Sequence record: DRR378314_658
Direction: 5' to 3' (one strand)
DNA: 36,623 bases
Shown here: positions 1-8,791 of the stretch, piece after piece
How positions within the stretch are numbered: the stretch's first letter is position 1
Layout: every line of letters begins with the position of its first letter
The notes under the pieces: model-generated
What the model saw: the letters and a program-made list of their open reading frames with translations, nothing else
The model's database searches: none
What the model was told of the DNA's origin: nothing
Program-made: the position numbers and the translations under genes

Positions 1-9
1 ACCGGCACC

Positions 10-64
10 GAGGTCAGCATCGAGCCCAAACTACCTTATGCTGCACTAAGCGCCAATGTCCGCT
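10..64 (+). repeat. Degenerate intergenic repeat, sub-type A (copy 1)
   Basis: Core GAGCCCAAaCTACCttATGCTGCA-N9-AATG (22-58) aligns with GAGCCCAAtCTACCg-ATGCTGCA-N9-AATG at 23660-23695, same orientation. Confidence 0.65.
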
Positions 65-227
65 GCTAAGGGTGCGGCCATAGACTTTCCAGAGTTAAAG
101 GTGGAGTTTCCTAGAGTTTATGGCACAAGTTTTTGGAGGTTTCGGTGCGCAGGCCGTTTGTGCCTGATACAACCATTTCAGCCAGCCGTCTAGCATTTTG
201 GGCAAGGGTGTGGTCAATTTGATCGCA

Positions 228-1088
228 ATGAACATGAACCAACTCAAAACGCTTTTGGCTGTCATTGAAAACAAATCATTTGCCGCGGCAGGTGATGTGA
301 TTGGGCTTTCTCCCTCTGCTGTAAGCCTTCAGATCAAAGCGATGGAGGATGAGTTGGGGGTGCAGTTATTTGACCGCATCAAGCGGCCCCCGGTTCCAAC
401 GGCGCGGGGGCGGGCGCTGGCAGAACATGCGACGAAGACTTTGGCTTTGTTTGAAGCATCCGCAAGCGTAGCGCGAGGCGAGATGGTCCGATCCAACTTG
501 GCGATTGGGTCCGTTCCAACGGCTCTTGCCAGTTTTCTACCAACGGGTCTCAAGTCGATCCAGGCCACCTATCCCGCGCTGCAAGTCGCTGTTAAGAACG
601 GGAGTTCCGCTGCGCTGGCGCAACGGCTCGCCGAGGGTCATCTGGATGTTGCAATTTGCACGAAGCCCGAAAACCAGATCCCCGGTCTGGAGTGGCATAG
701 CATTGCGTTCGAGCCATTCGTCATTGTGGCACCGGCCCATGCTGAGGGCGAAAACTGGCAGGACTTGCTCCGCCAGCATCCTTTCATCTGGTTCAATCGC
801 AAAACCTGGGCAGGTCAAAGCATCGAGGAAGAGCTGAGCGTGCAGGGCATCGAGGTCAAAAGCGCCATGGAGATCGACTCGCTCGACGCCATTTCCAATC
901 TTGTGAGTGAAGGCCTCGGCATATCCATCGTCCCGATCTGCAAGGGAAGGCGGCCTTTTTCGACCCGGCTGCGCACTGTGCCGTTTGGTGATCCACCTTT
1001 TTCCCGTGAAGTTGGAGCCTTCACGAACTCAGATGGTCGGGCCGATATCGTGATTGATACCTTCGTCGCGGCGCTGCAATCTTCGTGA
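228..1088 (+). CDS. LysR-family transcriptional regulator
   Basis: N-terminal HTH (SFAAAGDVIGLSPSAVSLQIKAMEDELGVQLFDR), substrate-binding domain with GLGISIVP; ATG at 228 preferred over the TTG at 198. Confidence 0.93.
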   Translation: MNMNQLKTLLAVIENKSFAAAGDVIGLSPSAVSLQIKAMEDELGVQLFDRIKRPPVPTARGRALAEHATKTLALFEASASVARGEMVRSNLAIGSVPTALASFLPTGLKSIQATYPALQVAVKNGSSAALAQRLAEGHLDVAICTKPENQIPGLEWHSIAFEPFVIVAPAHAEGENWQDLLRQHPFIWFNRKTWAGQSIEEELSVQGIEVKSAMEIDSLDAISNLVSEGLGISIVPICKGRRPFSTRLRTVPFGDPPFSREVGAFTNSDGRADIVIDTFVAALQSS

Positions 1089-1100
1089 GAAATTCTCACG
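1084..1100. promoter_or_regulatory. Perfect palindrome with T-N11-A core, likely LysR binding site for the downstream operon
   Basis: CGTGAGAA-A-TTCTCACG; T1086-N11-A1098; about 80 nt upstream of the ATG at 1179 and followed by an AT-rich tract. Confidence 0.6.
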
Positions 1101-1178
1101 TAAAAAACAAGAAATCGCAACTAACGTAAATTTCATTTGCGGCGCTAAGCTGCTCGCATCAACAAGGCGAGCGCACCC

Positions 1179-2414
1179 ATGCTTCATCACGCAATACATC
1201 CCAATGGCCCCTCGTTCGAACTGACGGACCGACAGCGCGACATTCAGGCGCGTGCGCGTCACGTTGCTGAAACCGTCTCCGCGCCCATCGCCGCTGAAAC
1301 AGACCGAACGGAGACCTATCCTTGGCCTGTTGTAGAGGCGATGACCAAGGCTGGGCTGATGGGCATGAGCGTACCCAAAGCGCTTGGTGGTCCCGGTCAC
1401 AGCTATTTTGAAGTGGCTTTGGTGGTCGAAGAAATGGCCGCGCGCTGTGGTGTGTCCGGGCGGATCGCGGTTGAGGGCAACATGGGCGCGGTTGGCGCGA
1501 TCATCGCCTATGGCACGGATGAACAGAAACGCATCGCGGCGGATCATGTCCTGGGTGGAGACAAGCCCGCCATCTGCATCACCGAGCCCGATGCTGGGAG
1601 CGCCGCGACCGAGATGACCAGCACCGCCTTGCGCGACGGCGACACTTGGGTTCTGAACGGCAAAAAGCACTGGATCACGGGTGGCGGGGTGTCAAAGCTG
1701 CACCTGATTTTTGCCCGCGTGATCGAGGATGGTGCGTTCAAAGGCATCGGTGGGTTCGTGGCTTATCTCGGAGAAGACGGGTTGGTGATTGCGGAGCGCG
1801 AGCCAACGCTGGGCCTGCGCGGCATTCCGGAAACGCAAGTTATAATGGGCAATTTGCGCCTGCCGCTTAACCGTCTCATCACCCCGCCGGAAGGCATTGA
1901 GCGTGGCTTTGCAGGTCTGATGAACGCCTACAACGCGCAGCGCGTGGGTGCAGCGACTGTGGCGCTTGGCATTGCGCGCGGTGCTTATGATGCTGCGGTG
2001 GAATTCGTGAAAACCCGCGAGCAATTCGGCAGGCCAATTGCCGAATTCCAGGGCTTGCAATGGATGGTTGCGGATATGTCGATGCAGATTGATGCCGCGC
2101 GCATGATGATCTGGCGCGCCGCCGTAAGTGCCGAGACGACGGGGTCAGGCTTTCCCGATCCAATGCTGGCCGCTCAGGCCAAGGTCTTTGCCTCAGAAAT
2201 GGCTGTGAAAGTAACCAATGACGCGCTGCAACTGCATGGCGCGCGCGGTTATTCCCGGAACTGCACCGTCGAACGGATGCTGCGGGATGCACGCATGTTC
2301 ACCATCGGCGGCGGCACGGCGCAGATGCTGCGCAATTTGGTGGCGGGCAAAGCCTTAAATATGAAAACCCCGCAGACCCGCGGTGGATACCTCCCGAAAG
2401 ACGTAAATGCTTGA
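1179..2414 (+). CDS. acdA: Acyl-CoA dehydrogenase superfamily, 3-sulfinopropanoyl-CoA desulfinase-like
   Basis: ACAD motifs (ITEPDAGS, NGKKHWIT, REQFGRPI); FTIGGGTAQ lacks the catalytic Glu; GRI, KPAICI, YNAQRVGA, GGGVSKLHLIFARV and the PQTR-GYL tail match the Advenella desulfinase as recalled. Confidence 0.8.
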   Translation: MLHHAIHPNGPSFELTDRQRDIQARARHVAETVSAPIAAETDRTETYPWPVVEAMTKAGLMGMSVPKALGGPGHSYFEVALVVEEMAARCGVSGRIAVEGNMGAVGAIIAYGTDEQKRIAADHVLGGDKPAICITEPDAGSAATEMTSTALRDGDTWVLNGKKHWITGGGVSKLHLIFARVIEDGAFKGIGGFVAYLGEDGLVIAEREPTLGLRGIPETQVIMGNLRLPLNRLITPPEGIERGFAGLMNAYNAQRVGAATVALGIARGAYDAAVEFVKTREQFGRPIAEFQGLQWMVADMSMQIDAARMMIWRAAVSAETTGSGFPDPMLAAQAKVFASEMAVKVTNDALQLHGARGYSRNCTVERMLRDARMFTIGGGTAQMLRNLVAGKALNMKTPQTRGGYLPKDVNA

Positions 2415-4026
2415 CGATATGAAGACGGGTCAAACGGCCTCAGAAGTGATTGCTGAAAGAATCTATGAAGCAGGATGCCGCCATGCCTTTGGCATACCCG
2501 GCGGAGAAGTCCTGGCCCTGATGGATGCATTGGACCGGGCGGGACTGAAGGTCGCGCTGGTCAAGCATGAAAACTCCGGCGGGTTCATGGCCGAAGGTAC
2601 ATGGCACGCCAATGGAGCGCCGGGCGTGCTTTTTGCCACGATTGGACCAGGCATTGCCAATGCGGCCAATGCAATTGCCAATGCCTGGCAGGACCGGGTG
2701 CCGATGATCGTGCTGACAGGCTGCGTTTCGGCGGTCGAGGCGCACACATACACCCATCAGGTCTTTGACCATGTGAAGTTTCTGGAGCCGGTCACCAAGG
2801 CTGCGTTCCGGGTGGAACCGGGAACTGCCGGTATTCTGATCGATAAGGCCGTCACCATCGCCACAACAGGCCGCCCCGGCCCGGTTCTGCTGGATGTGCC
2901 GATTGACCTGCAACGCGAGGTTTCTGACGCTTGGCGCAAGCCCCGCGCCACCCCACAATCCACAATGGCCCCGGCTGGCGGCGATTTGGAAACAGCCCGA
3001 AGCTGGCTCAGCGAGGCAAAACGCCCTCTGATGGTGGCCGGTGTGGACGTGCTGACCCAGAAGGGCAACGAGGCGGTCGCTGGCTTCTGCCGGGACCTTA
3101 ACATACCGCTAATCACCACATACAAAGCCAAAGGCATTCTGGACGAGGCGCATTCACTGGCCTTGGGCGGCGCGGGTCTCTCGCCGGTGGCGGACAAGCT
3201 TTTGCTGCCGCTGGTGCAGTCTTCTGACTGTCTGATCCTGGCGGGCTACGATCCGATTGAGATGCGCCTTGGCTGGCGCGACCTTTGCGCACCTGACCAG
3301 CGTGTGATCGACATCTCGGCCGAAGCAAACACCCACTATATGCACAATGCCCCACTGAATTTCACTGGAAACATTGCAGCCTCGCTCGAAGCGATTTCTA
3401 TCGGCACAGCCTCGCCATTGGATGCAAAGGAGATTGCTGATCTCAAATCTGCCTTGGCGACCGCGTTCCAGGGCGATGAGGAGTGGGGTCCCGCCGCCGT
3501 CGTGGATGAGGCCCGCAAGGCTAGCCCACCCGGAACAGCAGCCACCGCAGATAGCGGCGCGCACCGGATCGTGATGAGCCATATCTGGAAATGCGACGAA
3601 CCCCATGGCTTAATGCAATCCTCGGCGCTCTGCACCATGGGCTGCGCGGTTCCGCTCGCGATTGGGCGCAAGATGGCTGAGCCTGAACGGCCTGTGATTG
3701 GCTTTGTAGGTGATGCAGGGGTTGAGATGTTCCTTGGAGAGCTGGCGACTGCCCGCGACCGTAAGCTGGGTCTGCCGATTGTGGTCTTTGTTGATGAACA
3801 ACTTGGCCTCATAGAACTCAAGCAACGGGGCAATCAGATGCCAAATCTTGGTGTTGAATTCCCCGGCACGGATTTCACCGCTGTTGCCCACGCCATGGGC
3901 GGGGCCGGAGAAACCGTCCGCACCCGCGAAGACTTGAATACTGCGATTAAATCCGCGTTTGAGCGCGACACCTTCACCTTGATTTCAGCCGTGATTGGAA
4001 GGAATGCCTATGATGGCCGCATCTAA
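2407..4026 (+). CDS. Thiamine-diphosphate-dependent enzyme (acetolactate synthase large subunit-like superfamily), substrate unknown
   Basis: FGIPGG, KHE catalytic Glu, GPG, RPGPVLLDVP, TMG, GDAG ThDP motif; overlaps the upstream stop codon. Confidence 0.9.
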   Translation: MLDDMKTGQTASEVIAERIYEAGCRHAFGIPGGEVLALMDALDRAGLKVALVKHENSGGFMAEGTWHANGAPGVLFATIGPGIANAANAIANAWQDRVPMIVLTGCVSAVEAHTYTHQVFDHVKFLEPVTKAAFRVEPGTAGILIDKAVTIATTGRPGPVLLDVPIDLQREVSDAWRKPRATPQSTMAPAGGDLETARSWLSEAKRPLMVAGVDVLTQKGNEAVAGFCRDLNIPLITTYKAKGILDEAHSLALGGAGLSPVADKLLLPLVQSSDCLILAGYDPIEMRLGWRDLCAPDQRVIDISAEANTHYMHNAPLNFTGNIAASLEAISIGTASPLDAKEIADLKSALATAFQGDEEWGPAAVVDEARKASPPGTAATADSGAHRIVMSHIWKCDEPHGLMQSSALCTMGCAVPLAIGRKMAEPERPVIGFVGDAGVEMFLGELATARDRKLGLPIVVFVDEQLGLIELKQRGNQMPNLGVEFPGTDFTAVAHAMGGAGETVRTREDLNTAIKSAFERDTFTLISAVIGRNAYDGRI

Positions 4027-5428
4027 CACTGCAACCAAGCAAAAAAGCTTCACTGACTGTCGTGGCGTGCCGGTCTCTTACCCGGATACAAAAGCCATTG
4101 AAGACCTGGAACGCGCAATCATCATGTCGCTGTCCTTTCGGGGTGATGCGATAGCTGAGATAAACAAGGTTCTCAACGAGCATCCAGATTTCATCATGGG
4201 TTGGCTCTTCAAGGCGGGTTGGCTGACGCAATCCATGGAGACTCGTATTTACGACCTCATGGTCAAATCACTTGGTGAGGCGGAGAAGCGGTTCAAATCG
4301 GCGAATGACCGAGAAATAGGTCACTACGAGGCGGTCAGGGCCTGGGTGAATGGTGATTTCTTCGGTGCTGTCCAGAAATGGGAAGCGGTGCTCGTCAAAT
4401 ACCCCAGGGACCTTCTCGCGATGGAGCTTGTCCACTACGCGGACGTTCTACTAGGCGACATCGCAGGACAACGCGATGTGGTCGCGCGGTCGTCGACACT
4501 CTGGGATGAAAGCGTTCCAGGGTATGAATTCGTACTAGGCTTCTATGCCTTCGGGCTTGAGGAAAACCGTGACTTTTCTCATGCCGAACAATTGGCGCGT
4601 CAGGCTTTGGCTATTCGTCCCGATCATCCATATGCCGTGCATGCCGTTGCCCATGTAATGGAGATGAGGGGGCGTCAGACGGGTGGTGTGCGCTTTATGA
4701 ACGAGCGTGCCAATAAATGGGGCACGTCTAACTTTGCCAATCATCTTTGGTGGCATACGGCGCTTTATCACCTTGATATCGAACAATATGACAAGGTGTA
4801 TAACATCTTCGACACCCATCTGGATTCACGCCAAAAGGATGGCAATAAATACGAAGAGCTGGACGCCTCTGCCCTGCTATGGCGGATCAACCTGGTGGGA
4901 CAAGACTCCGGCGACCGCTGGAAACATCTTGCCGACAAGTGGGAGCCCGCCGCGCAGGACACGCTTTATGCCTTCAACGACGTCCATGCGATGTTGACCT
5001 TTGTATCGGACGACCGTGTAGACGCTCAAAATGAGCTTTTGTCCGCCAATGAGCGCTACATGGAAAGCGCATCGGACGCCAATGTCGCCATGAGCCGTGA
5101 GATCGGGATGCCCTTCTGTCTGGCCATGCGGGATTTCAAGAACGAGCACTATGGTGACTGCGTGGATCGGCTCTTGCCCGTGCGTTACATGACCCACCGT
5201 CTCGGCGGTTCTTTTGCGCAACGTGATATCATCGGCTGGACCCTGCTCGAAGCTGCACTGCGCGCACGCCGCTTTGACTTGGCGCTGGCGCTGGCGAATG
5301 AGCGGACTGCGCTGAAACCCACCTCGGCCCAGAATTGGCGCGCCGTAGCGCGGGCCTTCAAAGGGCTGGGGGATAGCTCAAACGCGGACCGGGCCACCGC
5401 CAAGGCGCAATCCCTAATCCACGCATGA
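4010..5428 (+). CDS. TTC38-like tetratricopeptide-repeat protein
   Basis: YAFGLEE, AVHAVAHVMEM-GR, HLWWHTAL, DASALLWR, FNDVHA, GGS-AQRD motifs typical of the TTC38 family; SD GGAAGGA before ATG 4010/4013. Confidence 0.85.
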   Translation: MMAASNTATKQKSFTDCRGVPVSYPDTKAIEDLERAIIMSLSFRGDAIAEINKVLNEHPDFIMGWLFKAGWLTQSMETRIYDLMVKSLGEAEKRFKSANDREIGHYEAVRAWVNGDFFGAVQKWEAVLVKYPRDLLAMELVHYADVLLGDIAGQRDVVARSSTLWDESVPGYEFVLGFYAFGLEENRDFSHAEQLARQALAIRPDHPYAVHAVAHVMEMRGRQTGGVRFMNERANKWGTSNFANHLWWHTALYHLDIEQYDKVYNIFDTHLDSRQKDGNKYEELDASALLWRINLVGQDSGDRWKHLADKWEPAAQDTLYAFNDVHAMLTFVSDDRVDAQNELLSANERYMESASDANVAMSREIGMPFCLAMRDFKNEHYGDCVDRLLPVRYMTHRLGGSFAQRDIIGWTLLEAALRARRFDLALALANERTALKPTSAQNWRAVARAFKGLGDSSNADRATAKAQSLIHA

Positions 5429-6648
5429 CGGCACCTGATCATAAGCCCGCTGCACGTCTGGCGCATGTTCGTCCCTCGATGATCCTCGGCCTTGTGCAGA
5501 AGGCACGCCAATTGGCCAGCGAGGGGCATCCGGTCATTGAACTTGGCATCGGTGAGCCTGACTTCACGACGCCCGATCACATCATACAAGCTGCGATTGA
5601 GGCGATCGAGCGCGACGAGACGCGCTATACCATCGTTCTCGGCACCGTGCCGATGCGTGAGGCCATCGCCGCCAAGCTGAAACGCGAGAATGATCTGGAT
5701 TGTGATCTGGCGGGCATCACCGTGGGCGGCGGCTGCAAGAGCATTATTTTCAACGCTATGATGGCGACCGCCAGCCCCGGCGATGAGGTGATTATACCAG
5801 CACCCTACTGATCCTCTTACCCCGATATTGTTGCTATGGCCGAAGGCGTCCCGGTCGTGGTGGATTGCCCGCAAAGTCAGCGGTTCCTGATCTCGCCTGC
5901 GCAATTGGCGAAGGCGATCACGCCGCACACTCGTTGGCTCGTGTTGAACTCACCCAGCAACCCAACCGGCGGTGTCTACAGCGCCGAGCATCTGGAAAGG
6001 CTGGCAAAAGTCCTGCGCGCGCATCCCCATGTCGCGATCCTGAGCGATGATATCTATGAACATCTGATGTTTAACGGGCATCGCTTTGCCTCCATCCTCA
6101 ATGTCGCCCCTGATCTGAAAGACCGGGTGCTGATCGTGAATGGTGTGTCCAAGGTTTTTGCCATGACAGGCTGGCGCCTGGGCTACGCGGCGGGGCCGTC
6201 GCAGATCATCAAGCAGATGAACGTGGTTCAGGGGCAGAGCCTGACACATGCCTGCTCGATCTCACAGGCTGCAGGTATTGCCGCGCTGAGTGGTCCGACA
6301 GGTTTCTTGGCAACGCGTTCGGCAAGCTTCCAAAAGCGACGCGATATTGTTGTTGATGCCTTGAACGTCGCCCAGGGTATCAGCTGCATTCGTCCTGAAG
6401 GCGCGTTCTATGTCTATCCCGATTGCAGCGGCGTGATCGGAAAAATGACTCCGGCTGGGCGCGTGATCACGTCTGATATCGAATTTTGCACCCACCTTTT
6501 GGAAGATCATTATGTCTCTGCCGTGCCAGGCGCGGCATTTGGCCTCTCACCACATCTGCGCATATCAACAGCAGCATCTGAAGAGAACTTGCGCGAGGCA
6601 TGTGCGCGCATTGCGGCAGCTTGCGCAGACCTGAAGGAGGCCTCGTGA
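5425..6648 (+). pseudogene. Class I PLP aminotransferase (aspartate aminotransferase-like) interrupted by an in-frame TGA at 5809-5811
   Basis: ORFs 5425-5811 and 5836-6648 share one frame and read PAPY*SSYPDIV where the family has PAPYW-SYP; GEPDF, NSPSNPTG, SDDIY, SK-FAMTGWRLGY intact. Confidence 0.88.
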
Positions 6649-7832
6649 CCGGACCGCTTACAGGCGTAAAAGTCCTGGACCTCAGCCGCATTCTGGCCGG
6701 ACCAACAGCGACACAGCTACTAGGCGACCTCGGCGCAGAGGTTATCAAGATCGAAAACCCGGCCACAGGCGGCGACGACACGCGCAGTTGGGGTCCACCC
6801 TTTGTCGAAGGCCAAGACGGGCAGGACACGGACCTAAGCGCCTATTTCATGTCCGCCAATCGCAACAAGAAATCCGTAGCAATCGACATCACCTCGATCA
6901 TCGGGCAGACGCAACTCCGTCAATTGGCTGCGCAATCGGATATCCTTGTTGAGAACTTCAAACCGGGGGGACTGCGCAAATATGGACTCGACCACAAGAC
7001 AATCCTGCAATCCAACCCGCGCCTGATCTATTGTTCGATCTCTGGCTTTGGTCAAACCGGCCCCAATGCGGCGAAGCCGGGCTATGATCTGATGGCGCAA
7101 GGTTACGGCGGGATCATGAGCCTGACAGGTGCGACCGATGGCGAACCTATGAAAGTAGGGGTGGGCGTTGCCGATGTGATGTGCGGCATGTATGCGGCCA
7201 CAGGAATTCTCGCAGCACTCCTGCACCGCAACTGCACTGGCGAAGGTCAGCATATCGACCTGGCATTGGTGGACACCCAGGTCGCATGGCTCGTCAATGA
7301 AGGGGTCAATCACCTGACATCGGGCGAAGTCCCCGAGAGGCGCGGCAATGGTCACCCGAACATCGCCCCTTATCAAGTCTTTGCCGCCGCAGATGGCGAC
7401 GTGATCATCGCTGTTGGCAATGACACGCAATTTGAGCGTTTTGTTACCTGGCTTGGTGCACCCGAGATGGCCAAGAACCCAGACTTTGCAACCAATCCGG
7501 CGCGGCTGGCCAACCGGGATCGGCTGATTGCCCTGCTCCAACCCTTGATCGCAGCCCATCCTGTTCATACAATCCTGGACGGACTCGAAGCCAGCAAAAT
7601 CCCGGTAGGCCCGGTCAACAGGCTGGATCAGGTCTTTGCCTCGGATCAGGTGCAGGCGCGGGACTTGAAAATCGAGATGCGCGCACCATCTGCGCGACGC
7701 GGCTCTGTCGATCTGATCGGGAATCCGCTGAAATTTTCAAAGACACCCGTGACTTACCGGTACCCACCTCCTGAATTCGGTGCGGATACGCAAGAAATTC
7801 TGGCGACTTTGCCAAACATGAATGAAGAATAA
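6645..7832 (+). CDS. Family III (CaiB/BaiF) CoA-transferase
   Basis: DLSRILAGP, GAEVIKIE, GDDTR, NRNKKS, ENFKPG, SISGFGQTGP, GYD; GTG 6645 overlaps the upstream TGA, SD AAGGAGG. Confidence 0.93.
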   Translation: MTGPLTGVKVLDLSRILAGPTATQLLGDLGAEVIKIENPATGGDDTRSWGPPFVEGQDGQDTDLSAYFMSANRNKKSVAIDITSIIGQTQLRQLAAQSDILVENFKPGGLRKYGLDHKTILQSNPRLIYCSISGFGQTGPNAAKPGYDLMAQGYGGIMSLTGATDGEPMKVGVGVADVMCGMYAATGILAALLHRNCTGEGQHIDLALVDTQVAWLVNEGVNHLTSGEVPERRGNGHPNIAPYQVFAAADGDVIIAVGNDTQFERFVTWLGAPEMAKNPDFATNPARLANRDRLIALLQPLIAAHPVHTILDGLEASKIPVGPVNRLDQVFASDQVQARDLKIEMRAPSARRGSVDLIGNPLKFSKTPVTYRYPPPEFGADTQEILATLPNMNEE

Positions 7833-7877
7833 CCAAGAGCCAGGAAAGGCCACCAACAAACCGACAAGGAGAAACTT

Positions 7878-8693
7878 ATGTGTGATATTTGTGTAATGAA
7901 CTCGGTCAAAGACAGGATGTTGTAGCGACGGAACTTTTTCAAAGCAGCACCCGCATCGACTGTTGCCGTGGCAGCGACGGGAACCACGGCTCCTGCGGCA
8001 TTAGCGCGGGGCCACGGAAGCATTGAGGATATGACCTACACGCTGCATCCCAACTTCCCGACATACTTTGGCGAGCCGCAGTTTTCATTCGAGCAATTGT
8101 TCAACTACGCCGAACACTTTTTCAATCTGAACCAGATCACGGTGAACGAACATACCGGCACCCATATCGACGCGCCGTTGCATTTCTCCGAAGATGGAGC
8201 ATCGGTCGATGAAATCGCTGTATCCAATCTAATCGCCCCGCTTTGTGGGGTCGATATCGCAGCCCGGGCTGCCGACGATGCAGATACGCGTGTGACACCG
8301 GGCGACATCCGGGCGTGGATCACGACCAATGGCGACATCCCGGATGGTGCTTGTGTGGCAATGCATTCCGGCTGGGCAAACAAGGTTGATACGGATGGCT
8401 TCCGCAACTTTGATGGTGAAGCGCAGCACTATCCGGGCTTCCATGTCGAAGCCGCACAGATGCTGATCGAAGAAACAGGTGCGCGTTCCATTGCAGTGGA
8501 CACGCTGTCGCTGGACCACGGCATCTCGGCCGACTTCGCAACCCACTACGCTTGGCTCCCGACAGGGCGTTTTGGGATCGAGAATATTGCGGGATTGGAT
8601 CGCGTGCCAGCAGCCGGTGCCACATTGGTCATTGGCGCACCAAAACATGCGGGGGGCACTGGTGGCTCAGCCCGCATCTTTGCAATGGTGTGA
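7878..8693 (+). pseudogene. Cyclase-family (kynurenine formamidase-like) metal hydrolase with a Tat leader interrupted by an in-frame TAG at 7923-7925
   Basis: SD AAGGAG then MCDICVMNSVKDRML*RRNFFKAA in frame with ORF 7968-8693; EHTGTHIDAP-HF, YPGF, DTLSLD, IEN, GGTG motifs. Confidence 0.8.
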
Positions 8694-8701
8694 TTAAACA
8701 C

Positions 8702-8727
8702 TGAGCGGGCCTCTCAGGGCCCGCTCA
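8702..8727. terminator. GC-rich hairpin between convergent genes
   Basis: TGAGCGGGCC-TCTCAG-GGCCCGCTCA, perfect 10-bp stem; no clear U-tract. Confidence 0.55.
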
Positions 8728-8791
8728 ATGACCCAAGCCTGGGTCACGATCTATCTCCCTGTCAATTTCGCGGGTGTTTTCCTTCTCGTCG
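8724..8791 (+). repeat. Diverged 68-bp direct repeat, left copy (partner 15284-15351)
   Basis: Ungapped alignment, 52/68 identical by manual count. Confidence 0.75.

Noticed and set aside
77-124. Imperfect inverted repeat GCCATAGACTTT...AGAGTTTATGGC as an IS end
   Set aside because: Short, mismatched, no transposase or partner end in the window
2407-4026. Calling the ThDP enzyme ilvB or sulfoacetaldehyde acetyltransferase (xsc)
   Set aside because: Only superfamily-level motifs are recognisable; no small subunit or phosphotransacetylase is adjacent
5809-7925. Genetic-code reassignment, selenocysteine or pyrrolysine as the explanation for the in-frame TGA and TAG
   Set aside because: The positions correspond to conserved Trp and Ser, each one substitution away; TGA and TAG end other genes normally in this window; no recoding machinery is visible
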